Shown here one piece after another: positions 42,288-57,185 of a DNA stretch of 64,000 nucleotides. The notes under the pieces are model-generated. The model saw nothing but the letters and a program-made list of their open reading frames with translations, did not search any database and was not told where the DNA came from. Numbering within the stretch: position 1 is the first letter of the stretch; each line of letters begins with the position of its first letter. This DNA is from the human T2T-CHM13v2.0 reference genome, Homo sapiens. A program made the position numbers and the translations under genes. The stretch is from NCBI RefSeq assembly GCF_009914755.1, contig NC_060929.1; one strand, given 5' to 3'.

Positions 42288-44269
42288 TACTTCACTTTAT
42301 CCCTACATCTAGTCTGGTTCTCAATTCAGAGGAATTTGAAAATAAGTTCTCTCTCACATTTAGTAAGAAATGCCTCAGGAGGGGTCCTGGGAATGCTCCC
42401 AAGAGAGTGAAAAAAACTGCAGGGGGTCCATAATTAACTGGTCAGGAACCCCCAGAGCCGCGTGTCAGTCTCACAGATCTAGAGCTGCCCTTTTATCAAT
42501 CCCCAGGAACTTCAGCATTACATTCCCATTAATATTAACAGTGTTCTCACTGACAAAACAGAGTGATTATTATGTTCTCACTGGCTCTGCTTATTGAACA
42601 GCCCCAATAATTACCTTGAACATTTTATTATCAAGATGAAAATGTAGCATTTTACCTAACCAAGTTGTCAATGCTTTTCTCCGAATACCATTTGCCTTAC
42701 TCCTCACGCATTTAAATAGACTGCCTTGGGCTGCAGTTGTTATTTTTATATAATTTATGAATCTGGAGAAATCCAGATAGTAATATTACTATCAGCATAT
42801 TCACATCTGAATGATAATTTTTATGAATACTGTGTTTTTCTCTGGCTACACCAATATCTACCTATGATTAAAAATGTCTGAATTGAAGCCATTTGACATG
42901 GCTTCAACCTTCTTCTAATTTATTTCTTTTGAGAAATTTACTAGTTTTCCTTCTTTTCCCCCCACTTTAAAAAGTTATTTTCTCATCATTTACTATTGGA
43001 AAAATAGTACTGAATATTCAAGTGAACCAAAATGAGTGAGTAAATAAATGATGTTGATATTGATGCCACACACTAAATTTGCTTCATTTAGCTTTCATCA
43101 CACTTGTTTGATTAACGGTATATATCACCAGGGGCCCCATGGCTTGGAAGCACCAGAAGCAAGGAAACTGGCATGTTAGTGCATCATGTCTGGCTGTGCT
43201 GGCAGGGCCTCTGTAGCTCTATTACTGCTATTCATCTGGCATGCAGCTATGGAACTGGACACTCACGTCCATCAACACAGCTACTAGCTCCAATGTCATA
43301 AATTCACTGGTGATGTTTTTACAGGTTAGGGAAAAAATGAGCTTGATAAAGAAAAATACTGCAACTAGAAACAGAGGTGGAGGAAAGAAAAGCATTTCAA
43401 TCCCAGTGGAAAGCAGACAGAAAGGGCAAGGAGAGGGTACCAGGAGACAGATGTGTTGCAGCAATACCAAAAAAAAAAAAGCAGGGAATAATTGAAATCA
43501 GAGGCCCGAGAGCTGTCCCACAGGTTAGGTGAGGCCCCAAAAATCTAACTTTATCATGTTGCTGCTCCACAGAACCAAGCTCTTCTCATAAGCCTCTGCT
43601 ACTAAATAATTTTTTGAGCTTCATTGTATTTATGAATGCAGAACCAAGCTGTGCAGTGAATTCACTTTTAAACTCTCTGGCTTATTTTCTGAGTTGTCTT
43701 TGTAAAAAAAAAATCACTCTTACTCTTTTAACATCTGTTATGAATAAACCATGCCATGCCTTCTTTCAATTCATTTATCTGTATATTCAACTTTCTATTA
43801 GCTACAATTTCAACTCATTAAAAAATTATCTTATCCTGGGACTAGAGCCTGATTTTTATTTTTTATGCCAGACCAACTGCATTTCAAAGACTAAACTTTT
43901 ATGTCTTTCTACTTGGAATTTTTACTAGATTTCTATCTTTTGGCTTCTGCTACCTCTCAGTAAAGTTGAGAACAAAAACATTTGAAAGACTGAAGCAATG
44001 AGAATTAAAAGCTTTGGGTTATATTATTCTCCTCATAAGTGAAGTAGGATCCATAGTGCATATAGAAATATTTTTAACATCTGCTTGGTAATAACATCAG
44101 TAGTAATGGTAACAACACAAGTAATAATAATATGTTTTTATTCAACTAGCGTTTCTCATACATCCTCAAATACTGAACTTAGGTGGCCAGTTATACATAT
44201 TTCACATCTCCACTTACCACATATATGCAGTTGTCCTGACCCTGCCTTTATTAACAAAAGCCATACAAT

Positions 44270-44470
44270 ACATAGTAAGTACACAGTATCTCATTTAATC
44301 TTCACTACAACCCTATGAGATAACATTTTTATTACTTTCTCTATTTTATAGATCAAAACCCTGTGGCACTGAGGGTTTAGTAACTATCAAGGTAATAAGT
44401 GATAGAAAAGGAAGGGGAACCCAGGCAGTCTGGCAACAGAGCCTGCAGATTTGACCACTCTGCTATACTG
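44270..44470 (-). mobile_element. MIR
   Basis: atctcatttaatcttcactacaaccctatgag...ctattttatagat...gaacccaggcagtctggcaacagagcc. Confidence 0.75.
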
Positions 44471-45439
44471 TGGTGTTCCCTTGACCGCTTCCTAGTGACT
44501 GATGTGGTTGAGAATGTGAGGACTCAGGTGCAGTAAGGGAGTAGCCCTTCTGCCTGCAGAGAAGACGGATTATATAGAGATAGATGCTCATACACTGCTG
44601 ATTCCCAGGGAATGAGATAGAAGCAAAACATGGGTTCCTGGCTGGTTTTTCTTCATCCTTTTGCCTTTTACTTCTTCAGCAGTCTTTTTGATCACTGCAT
44701 TTGGCTTTTGGTTCTCTTAACCATCTTGGGTAGCTGGCAGAGGCATTGATAAATAATCTTGTTTTGGCTGACTGTATCAGACATGTTATGGTATGGTATG
44801 TGAAGCCAATAAAATATCTCATTCTGATAGATATTCCCTGGGTGGTACCAAGCACTGCCTTTGGCTTCACACTCATAAGGCACTTTACAGGACAGCCAGC
44901 CATCTTTCCCAACCCATGTCACCCATTGTGACATAGGCCTGTCATCCCAGGGCCTGAGTCTTCCAGACCAGCGACATAATTTACCAAAGCAAAATGCCAA
45001 AGCCCCTTAGCAGCAAAATATAATAGTTAATTTTGCGCATTATTTAATAAGGTTTCATTCAAGTTCAGTGTTGAGATATTACAAGAAAAAACTACCTATG
45101 TTTTTCCCTGAATTTAAATAACAGACATAAATGAAATCAAATCACTAGCAAACAAGATATGTGTGCTGGTATTATATGTGATATTTAGGAAATCTTTTCA
45201 CTGTAGAAGGACAAACAGAAGCAAGTTTTTATTCTTTTTCTATCAGGAGTCCTAGGTCTGTCTTCATTCACTAATTAATTCATTTAATTAATCAAAAGAC
45301 ATCAATTGGGCACTTATTATGTGTGGGTGACAAGGGTGAAGATATAACCTCTGTCTTCAGGTGGCTTCCATTCTAAGTGCTTAAGTAAGAATATATGTGG
45401 TCTTCCATAGCCTAAACAGAATATTGTTATATTGTTATA

Positions 45440-45811
<372 letters not shown>

Positions 45812-48800
45812 TTATAAAGAAGTAGTAGCCGATTTTCCCCTATAAATATTTGAATAGAACAAATAAAAGGATGGAACTTCCTATTTATGTCTTATTCTTA
45901 GAAAGGGCAACAAAAAGGAAAATTGCTTGTTCCCTAAAGACTTCTTAAAATATTTGCTCAAAACCTCTTCACAAGGACAACACTTTCAGTAAAACACATC
46001 TTATAAAATGTCTTCTGACCTTTATAGACAGTCAGTTTGCCTTTCCCAAAGCTGTTGTTGCACACTATCTGTGCATTATCTGTGCACTAATATTATGGAA
46101 TCATTTGGTAAATTGGTGTCTGATCCACCTGTTCTCTTTCTTATCCATCTACCCCCACAAAACACACGCCTTCTCCCATGTTTCTAGTGCCATATTTTCT
46201 TACCCAACATGACATGCTCCTTCCTCACATTCATCCTCTCATGCTTTTGTAAATACCTTTTGTTAAGGTATTTCATAATTATGCTGCAAGTTGCAGCACT
46301 GTGCCAGTGCTAAGCACTTTGAAAACACAATCTCGAACACCGCCAATACCCTACAAAGTGGGTAAGCCCCAACAAGAACCTTGTTGTTGAAATGTCCCCA
46401 TAGAGCTAAAGTGGATGTGATTTGTTGCTAGGGCACAAGGTCTCCTCTATCTGTGACCTGGGAGCAGGGGTGAGATCAGACAGGTGGGATTGCTCACACA
46501 AAAATCAGGCAAAGCAGACTTGGCTTTTTGAAGTCATGTACCAAAAACATACTCATATTACATTCTTTCTCAGACAAAGCTGTAAAACACTGACCAGAAG
46601 CCCTAAATTCCAAGATCTTTGCAGAAGGAAGCATTACCCCATTAACATGATGACAGCATTAATCTGAGAAAATCATCAAGAGTAAATTTTCACATTCAAC
46701 TAAAATGCAATTGCTTTTGAAAAAAGCTAAAGAAGAATGTGTAACACAAAAATAACTTACAATCCTCATTCAGAATATCTGCCTTTTCACACAGCAATGG
46801 CAGAAAACCAGCTTACCACCACACACATCTGCTATTTACTGAAGGGAAAACGTGGGGAACTGTGGTCAGCGAAGAAAATCCCTTCTGTGGCTGGAGACCG
46901 AAGAGGCCAACTTCAAAGCACCAGAGAGTAGAATATAGGAGTTAAGGATTTACACCTAATTAAGCTTAAATTTAAGTACCTTCATCCATACCTAATGCTA
47001 TATGTGGGTCTTCTTTTGTCATTTTATAGGGACAGTGCTGAATCATCAAGTCTTCTCCCAGAAACTATCACATGCATGGTTGGCATCTGTGCTCTTGTTA
47101 TCATCAGAAATAAATCCTATGTAAGTGTCCCAACTCAGGAGACCACTGTTAGAGAATGAATGGTGAGCTTCACAACGCAGTCTTCACTCCACGACTAATC
47201 ATCAAGTGAGCAGTGTTTACTTGAATTATTAGTTGAATAAAAATTATTTTAGGAAATGAACTATCAAATCCTAGTCAACTTGCAACATCATTATGAACAT
47301 CACTATCGCCAGTGCTAAGCACTTTGAAAACACAATCTCAAACGCCACCAACACCCTACAAAGTGAGTAAGCCTCAATAAGAACCTTCTCTGCATGCATT
47401 GAGATGTATTCATTTCTGAGCTCAGCTAAGTGAGTGAAGACTTAACAATAATTCAGCAAAGCCATACAATGTAGTATCTAGCATAGTGATCAAGCACATA
47501 GTAGATGATCAAGCACATGAGACCCACCTTCCCTATGTCTGATCTGTTCCCATGGACTGGTTCCCAATAAATGTTGGATACATTCAAGGATTGAATTTAG
47601 TTTGTAATATTATTTAATTTGTAGAATTTAATAATTGATTAGTAAATCAATAATTAGTTACTTGATGTAGCTGTGAAAATTAATCAATCATTGATGCAAA
47701 ATATATTAAAGAATGAAATCATGATTCAATAAATCAATGGTAACTACATGAGGAAAATAAGACATTCTTTGATAATCAGCTTACCTTCTCCACTCTAATA
47801 AATCAGTCTGTGCCAAAAATCAAGCAGACAAATACTAAGTAAATATCATTAGTTCTGTTCACAATTAGACTTTCTGCCCTCCCTTGTGGATGGTTTTGGT
47901 GGGGCCAGGCACACTGAGTTCTGTTCAATGAGTTTTGAGTTGAAGTGTCACATTCCATTTCTACATGAGCTTATTTAACCACCTGGGGTAACATCCTTTA
48001 GAGTTTCCTTTCTTCCCAAGCATGGTAATTAACAACGTTTGAGATGGTGGATGCTCCATCAACCCATGCCTGAGTGACAAGAATGAACAGAGCACTCAGC
48101 TGACCCACAATGGACAGACAGCATGAGCAAGAAATAAATTGTTGTTGTTTAATCCACATCACAGTCGCACATCTTAGTCCACAGTAATTGATAAAGCAAA
48201 TAAAACGCCAAGATCCTAAAACTTGTAAAAAAATAATAGTGAGCCAGGACCATGTCACAGCCCAGACTCACAGTTACTGATTTTGCTCACCTAAATTACA
48301 GGCTATGTCCTTGTCTCCCCCTAAATACCTTTACTCTTATCTATTTATTAATTCCACAAGAATTTAAAACTCTGCTTTCTGCTGAAGCTTGTAATCAGTG
48401 CTGGGAATAGTGAGGAGAGAAGGCAATTTATGTCCTACAGAAATGCAATACACATTCTTGTTGAGGAGATTATACTGAGAGCTCTGCTCAAGAGATGTGA
48501 AATAAACCAAAAAGTGTCATGAGACCCACCTTCCCTATGTCTGATCTGTTCCCATGGACTGGTGTTGATGAAATTCTTTTGGCCACAGAAACCCATTTGC
48601 TTTCTTTTGTTTCATGTCTTAAAAAGATGAGTAGAAGGTCAGATGAGTCATCTTTTGGGAACCTGAGAATTTCAAGCTTTATTTACAAGGATTTCATATT
48701 TTTCCATCAAGATGAAGCATTTAACAGAATTTCACATTTTTCTGCCACATGGTAACAATAAGGATGATGATTGATGAGGATTAAATCTCAATGGATTATT

Positions 48801-48890
48801 TACTGCATTAGTTAAAATTTCATCAGCTTCATGGGACATCTCCTGTCCAACATGTCTTAGGGTACAGATAAGAAATATTATTTTATTTCT

Positions 48891-49199
<309 letters not shown>

Positions 49200-49774
49200 T
49201 TATTTTATTTCTGTTTGATGTTTAAAAGATTAATTCTGTTTACCTTGGTTCCCAATGAGCCACTTATAAACAATTATATGAGTAACCACAGAGTTTCAGG
49301 GTTTAAAAACTGTCTCTAGCTGTGCTTATCACCGGTTGCTTATCACCTTGAATGCATGTTTTCCCTTCTTTCTATTGGAAAAGCATTTATCAGCCATGCA
49401 GATAGGCTCAAAGCAAACTAGAAGTTCACTACATTTATTTAATGGTCTGCAAAAATGTCATCAGCCTTCCCATTCTTATCAGAATTATAGAGGTAAAGCT
49501 TTGAGTGTGTATGATTTATATAACTATATCTACCATTAGATTATCATACAGTCTGACTTTCAAGTAGTATATATTTGCTTCTTTTTCTGTTTTAAGGCCG
49601 TACTTGGAATTTGCTGCTCAAATCATGTAGCTAATTCCAACAGTACCATCTTTTACTATTTCCTCACTACCCTCGAACCCTATTCTTTCCATCCCTTCCA
49701 TATAATAAAATTACATACCAATCAAGAGTCAAACAGATTACAAGTAAAGCCACTGAATGTGGGCAAATTGTAAT

Positions 49775-50380
49775 TCGTCCATCTAACAAATACTTTTGAG
49801 CACTCACTTCATGCCAGATACTGTCCTTGATTCTGAAAATATAGCAATAAAGTACAACAGAGAAGGTACTGCTTTCACAAGGCTTACATTTTAATGAGAG
49901 GCAAATAATAAGTAAGATAAGTTCAAATAAGGGCTATGAAGAAAATAAAACAGAGTGATGGGATACTGTGATAGGAGAAGTGGCATCACCAGAGGAGACC
50001 TCTCTAAGAAGGTCATATTTGACTTGAGACCCAAATGAAAAGAAGCCAATGATCTGGAGAAAGAGCCATATAGAAACAGGGACTAGCAGGTTCAACAAAG
50101 AGCTTGAAGTGAGAAAGAGCTTAGTCTATTTGAAGAAGAGAAAGAAGGCCAGTGTCACTGGAGATGATGTTGGAGAGAAAGGCAGAGGCCAGCCCGTGTA
50201 ATTCAAGAGCTTCAGTAGTTCAAGATCTTGTAGCTCAAGATCTTTACCTTATGTGGAATAAAATCCAAGATCTTTACCTTGAACTACATGGGCTGGCCCA
50301 AGTAGGTGGAAGTTACTGGTGAGTGTTAAGTAGAAAAGTGATATTAAGTTGTAACTATGCAAATATCACTCCAGAAGCCT
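49775..50380 (-). mobile_element. L2 containing a micro-inversion
   Basis: catctaacaaatacttttgagcactcacttcatgccag...aagaaggccagtgt...aaatatcactcc. Confidence 0.75.
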
Positions 50381-52076
50381 GATAAAATTGGTCAAACTTC
50401 TCAATATTCATAATAGAAAGCTAGTTCTACCAGCTCTACCAGGAATTCACCCAGGCCTTCCTGAGTTTGAAACAGAGAATACCTGAGTTCCAGGTTCTCC
50501 TCAGGCTGCTCACACTTGTCTTTTCAGAAAGACCAGCCAAACTGAGGGATCCTGTTGAGCTATTTTCTGAATTCTTACTCTGCCAGTGTAATGTATTACC
50601 CAAGCCAGGATCTATCAGAAGATCATTGTCAACTACTTTAGAGGGTAGACAGTAAGGAAAAATTGAAGATAGGGGAAATTACATGCTTTATCACTGGTCT
50701 AGCAATTATGTGGATCTTTACAGAATTTCTTTAGGAAAGCATTAGAAAAATAATCAACTCTATTGTAAAATATTAAGTTATTTGTATTAAATAACTTATT
50801 TAATTGTAAATTAATACATTGTAAAATATTAAATACTATCATAAAATATTGAATTCTGATCTTAATAGTCTTTGATAAAAACTTAAAGGTTTTCTTACAC
50901 AGAATCAGTAAAATGTCATTTTTTTCTCAAGCAAAAAAATAAACTTTATGAACCATGCTTGCACCAGTTCTGTGAAATGCCAGCCCAATTTAAATTTACC
51001 TAGATTTGTTTTCAACTTGGCAGAGTGCCATTGGTGCTTAGTCGTTAAAACAGGTGGCATTTCTATCAAGAAGTTTCCTATTTCTTCTTAGAAATGTAGA
51101 TTAATGTGCCTAAAAGATTAAATATCTGTTTTTAAAACCAAAATATACAGATTACCTCTATCCCAAGAAGCAGAAATGTAAGTGTCCTTCCCATTCTTCT
51201 CTTTCTTTTCACTGCCAATCCTAAACCTCCTTGGAAGTCCATGAAGAACCACATTTTAAAAACCTTGATAGACTCGCTTCAGAAAATAAATTTTTTTTAA
51301 ATAACCCACAACAATGTTTATTTGTATAATCCAAGTGACATAACTAGCCTATCCTCCAAATGATAGAGGGATAAGTAGATGACATCTCTCCTTTAAAACT
51401 CATTAAAAGTAGAGAAGCTTCCCACTCAACTTTAAAATAATACAGGAACATATTTCTAAGGGCAAACTTATATACCAGAGCAGAGGTCACAAACTGACAC
51501 ATAAATACCTAACGTGCCCAACATATTTTCTCCATCTTGGCATGCAACAACATGAGGAGAAGTCTTGCAATGTTAGCACAAACATTTGAATTAATTGTCA
51601 ATATTAAATAATCTGATTTCACATCTTGATTTCCAGCTCCTTTTGAAATGTCAGAAGATATGGACCCCCCTAAAGCTGCATGTTTGCCTTTCTGCAAGAC
51701 AAGAATCCCAAGATTGACAGTGGCCACTCCCTATAAATAGGGAAATACTCTATTTGTCAAGTCCCTACCACTCCTTACGGTTTTTTAAATCTCTCTCTGC
51801 ATCATTCATTTACAACACCTGCCCAACCTGTGCAAGCAAGCCTTTTTTGGTACTAAAGAAATAGCACAGATAAATAGATGGATGGATGAATCAATAGATA
51901 GATAAATATATCACACCTAAATTATCAAGTTTCCCTGAACAGCAAAGGCTTAGAGCAGGCACTCTTGTACCAAGGGCGCTGAGATTACAACATTTCTTGA
52001 ACTTTGTATTCCTCAGATTAACCAAATCAAACAACAGACTTACATAGTTCAGGCCATCTAAGAATCTGGCCATTTC

Positions 52077-52375
<299 letters not shown>

Positions 52376-53481
52376 AATCTGGCCATTTCCAGAACTCTAA
52401 ATCCCAAATCCCACTATTTCTGCTTGTTCTTCAACAAAACAAGAACCAGGACTTGAGGAGCTGAGCAGGAAAGGAATCACAGCATCTTCCATGGACTTCC
52501 ATCCTGTTCCTGCCTACTGCCTTTCCCCTTGTTTGTGCAGATAGCATGCTTTTTTTCCCCATTTCTCAGGGTTTTTATATCTAAGCTAAGCTCTTTATGT
52601 TTATTTGTAGGACACCAAGCAATTTGAGGCCTATTTACCCTCAAGTATAACTGCCCCAAAGATCAAGAGAAGAAGAAAGTCAGATCATACACCAAGTGTC
52701 TTCAAAGGCTAAAACACCACTATTGTTTCAAGCATAAGGCACTTGGGGTGAAGTTCTCCCTAAGTAAAACACATATAATGTTCCCACTGAATTGAAATAT
52801 ATGTAGGACCATCATCAAAAGCATTTACCAGATAACAATGTGCATGAAGCACTGTACCAGGCACATCTCAGGGTAGCCATGATGTCAATGAACCTTAGTG
52901 GCAATCAAGGCCACTTACTAGCCCTTTGTGTGAAAGAGAAAAAGATATCCCTCCCTCTGGGCTGGCACAGACTCACATCACACTGCATGGCTTGGCCAAG
53001 CCAAGTGTGGCTGCCGTTCTGCACTTACTCACCCCCTGCAGCCCAGCCAACTTGTGCAGTGAAGAATCTGCAAAAATAGTTGCAGCCGTACAGCCCTGGG
53101 AGAATTTAAACTTCATGCAAATGAAATAAACATGCACATGAAATTCAACCAGGAGATTTACCTGGCAAGTCAAGAGATTAAAAGGGCATGAATATCTGAA
53201 TTTTTTTATCAGTTACTTGTTTTTTAATCTCTTAAATGAAACAGATTCTAGAACTTTTGAAAAAGGGAAATAAGTGAGTGTCACACCAGACCAAGAGAGG
53301 AGAAAATTAAATCCAAGCTCCAACCACTCATCCTAATCTTTGAGATCACTCTGTCCTGGTGAACATGCCTTCCGGGTGGGTGGATACACAGTCTCTTTGG
53401 AGAACCAATTTTTTTTTGTTGTTGTTGGGAGATAAAAAGCAATTTACAAGAAGAATTTTTTGTCAATAAAATTTCTACAAC

Positions 53482-53780
53482 GGCCAGGCATGGTGGCTCA
53501 TGCCTGTAATCTCAGCACTTTGGGAGGGCGAGGTGGGCAGATCACCTGGAGTCAGGAGTTCGAGACCAGCCTGACCAACATGTAGAAACCCCATCTCTAC
53601 TAAAAATACAAAATTAGCCAGGCATGGTGGTGCATGCCTGTAATCCCAGCTACTCAGGAGACTGAGGCAGGAGAATCACTTGAACCCAGGAGGAGGTGGA
53701 GGTTGCAGTGAGCTGAGATCACGCCATTGCACTCCAGCGTGGACAACAAGAGCGAAACTCCATATCAAAAAAAAAAAAAA
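53482..53780 (+). mobile_element. AluS (Sp-like)
   Basis: cctgaccaacatgtagaaacc and cgccattgcac...caacaagagcgaaactcc, AluSp-type positions. Confidence 0.93.
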
Positions 53781-54914
53781 ATTATACACCAAATGGAAAC
53801 TTTGAAAAAACATTTTCTTTTCTTTTTTTTCATCCTAATAGCCCAAACTAGGTCATCTTTCCTACTCCTTAATAGAATATGAGTTTCCACAAGCTGCCCA
53901 GTCATACTAATCTGAAATTTCTCCTGTCCTATCTCACAGTTCAATTTCATGTTTCTCCCTCCTGCTGGGACCTGGCTACTCTGGGCCTTCCAGTGGGAGT
54001 CCTGATGCCCTGGCTCAGTATGCTTGTCATTATAGTCTTCTGTACTATTTGAATCTGAAGAATAAGCACTGAATACTAAATTAATTTTTTCTGAGCCCAT
54101 CAGAAGGACACAGCTCAAGTGCTCCTATGACTCTTTTGGAGGAATCACCAGGGCTAAGTCCCCAGACTCTAACATGATCCCCTGCTTCCCCTTGGACTGA
54201 AATAGCTGCCTGTCCTGTCCAGCCCTGACCTGTCCTGTTCTGCCCTGCCCTCTCCAGAGAAAGCACATTCTGTACGTCATTACTGAGCGTTCTTTTTCAG
54301 ATCTTATAGACAGTGAATATGAAAGAAGCATTATGGAGAAGGAGATTTATTGTGATTCATTGAAATGTTTTTGATGCTCTACAATTCCCTGGTTTTGTCC
54401 AAGCTGCAAATATTTCAAAGAACAGATCTCCATTATGCTCATAAACTTACCCATTTTATAAAATAACAACGATAAGTTTTCTTTATTTAAAATAGGAAAA
54501 GTCGTACCCTCCTCCTGCAGACAGAAGGCTTGTGTTCTGCAGTTTACAGGTAACAACGATGTGGCTTCACATTCCTCAGCAACAATGTTAGAAAGGCATT
54601 GCAGTTGTCTAGGAATGCCATTGCAACCCCTAGGGCACTGTGCATGAAATGGCTGAATAGTAACATTCTGGCAGTCACGATATTAAGTTTCACTGGGAAT
54701 ATCGTGACCTGTGTTCTGGGGCAGGGAGGTTGGCAGGATGTGGGGGTTAGGGGGACCCTTTTCTCCCTCTGGCCACATTTTGCTTTAATGCATGAAACAG
54801 GAATTACCATCAACACCTGTTGGTATTGAGAAAGCAGTGCTTTCCTTTGCTCTAGCATTCATTCATTTTCCGTGAGGGCCAGAAGAGGGAATTATTTGAT
54901 CCTTGAGAAAATTC

Positions 54915-55293
54915 TGATACGGTTTGGCTCTATGTCCCCACCCAAATCTCATGTTGAATTGTAATCCCCAGTGTTAGAGGAGGGGCCTGGTGGAATGTGA
55001 TTGCATCATGGGGGCGGGATGTCCCCCTTGCAGTTCTCGTGATAGACTTCTCAGAAGACTTGGTTGTTGAAAGTGTGTACCAGCTCCCCCTTCTCTCTCT
55101 CTTCTTCCTGCTCCATCCAAGTGAAGATGTGCCTGCTTCCCCTTGCCTTCCACTATGATTGTAAGTTTCCTGAGGCCTCCCCAGAAGCAGAAGCCTGGAC
55201 AGCCCGCAGAACCATGAGCCAATTAAACCTCTTTTCTTAATAAAATACCCTGTCTCAGGTATGTCTTTATAGCAGTGTGAGAATGGACTAATA
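54915..55293 (+). mobile_element. MST (MSTA-like) MaLR solo LTR
   Basis: tgatacggtttggctctatgtccccacccaaatctcatgttgaattgtaatcccc...gagaatggactaata. Confidence 0.88.
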
Positions 55294-56510
55294 TTTCAAA
55301 TATTTCATTACACACCCATAACCCAGCCATGGTGCTGGCAGCCTCTCTCAGTTTCTTGCTGTCCCACTCCTTCTCTCCTCTGTGTTCTGCTTGTTTGAAC
55401 CCCACTCTCCCTCACCCTGTCTGTCTTCCTCTCTCCTCTCCTGCTTTCTATGCCTTTTTTTTTCTCTTCTTACCTGTCTTCCTCCCCTTTTCCACTCTCC
55501 CTCCACTCTGGCCACCAGCCTGACAGCACAGATGTTTTTCTGTCCTCCTTGTTTGAAGCCACCAGGGCAGGTGCTGCTGCTTTGTTTGTGACTGAAGAGG
55601 TGAGTTCAGCACAGAGGGGAATGGTGGGCAGCCCAGGGAAACCGCCACCAGAACAAGGGGTACCATTAGCAGAGAGGACATTTTGATCCTCTTCTGACTT
55701 CCACGTCTTTATTTCCCCATGGGTTCAGAACCCACAGAAAGATGAGGCAGGCATTAAGCCTCTTCAATACCCAATAACTCCCACAGCTAGGAACAGAGTG
55801 CACAGGACAGAACAGTGAGTCAACTGACCAGAGCACCAAGGCAGAGAGAGGCGGGATGCAGACAGGGGTTGAGTGGGAGTGAAACCTCATGAGCCAGGCC
55901 CAGGGACAAGCCACGAGGAGCATGCGCACCATGGTCCATGTCATAGGGACTTCCTTACCTTGCCTTTAGAAAAACCAACAAAAACCTTGTGTTTAATGAG
56001 ATTGAGGCTTGTCTGCTTCTATTCATAAGACCCCAACATATGAAAGCCACACCCCAGAACAAGGCAGAGTAGGACGAAGACCATATAAGACTAAGTGTGG
56101 GGTCTGCAGGAACAAAGCTCACATGAGAAGTCAACATGCACACACAAAAAAAAATCAGACCAGACGTGAATCGAGGTCATTCTGTGAGTGATATTCATTC
56201 ATGAGTTTTTAACCAGACTCTTAGTAAGAAAGAACTGGTAAATCATATCCAAAACCTTTCATGTAGTATCCACAGATGTCATTTGTAATTAGGCCTTATC
56301 ATGAGCATTCCTAGCATTAGTTTCATTTTTTTTCAATTAGTGCCTCTGTAAAGTCCTAAATTAGAGAACCCCTGCAGGATTTATCACAGAGAGAAAACCT
56401 AGCTGAGTGAACACCTGTGAATTTACTCAGTCCAGAGTGGCTAGGCCAGAAAGCAGCTCCCCTAACAGGACAGAGCCTTCACAAGGCCAGCTCCTGCCCC
56501 AGAGGCCTCT

Positions 56511-56635
56511 GGGTAGAGTACCCATACATCCCAGTTTGCCCAAGTAGTGCTGGTTCACAGCCATTGCCCTGGTGTTCATAGCACCCCCTTTCGTTCTTAA
56601 AAGGCCCCAACTTGCATGTTCAATCAGAAGGTCTC
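56511..56635. mobile_element. MER94-like hAT MITE
   Basis: ccatacatcccagtttgccc...atagcaccccctttcgttcttaaaag. Confidence 0.55.
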
Positions 56636-57066
56636 TTTGGTATGCGCTATATAATGGACTATTTATAATTCATTAGAGGTGTTGTAACAACATATCATCG
56701 ACTACATTCAACAGAATCTCTGGAACTAAGGAAAAATTAGAAATGAAACTTACTTAAAAATTATCTTCATGAAATTTGTGGGAAGATAAGCAATATATAA
56801 GGAAAGGCAAGAATACAAATCAACCTAGAAGAGAAGGAAGTAATAAGAAGAAAGAAAATGCAAACCTGACCTTAATTTTCCATCATTCTCATTAACGATG
56901 ACTGCTAAAAGCTGGTCAGCCACGCTATTTGAAAGCAATTTTGGAAATTAATCCTTTAAGAACATTTTTTAACCTTTGATTCATGAGACAAATGGCCTTT
57001 CTATTTTAACCAAGATACCCAGATAGTGATTAGTCATTACTAAAACAAGGATCCCAAATCTAGTTT

Positions 57067-57185
57067 TGTGTATATGTGTGTGTGTGTGTGTGCGTGCGTG
57101 CATGCCCACTTGTGTGTAAGAGAGAGGGAGGGAGAGAGAAAATGAGAGAGAGAGAGGGAAGGAGAGAGAAACTGAGAGAGAGAAG
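57067..57185 (+). repeat. (TG)n then GA-rich simple repeats
   Basis: Directly visible. Confidence 0.9.

Noticed and set aside
54205-54255. (CCTGT/CCTGC)n pentamer run
   Set aside because: Short degenerate simple repeat with no supportable function.
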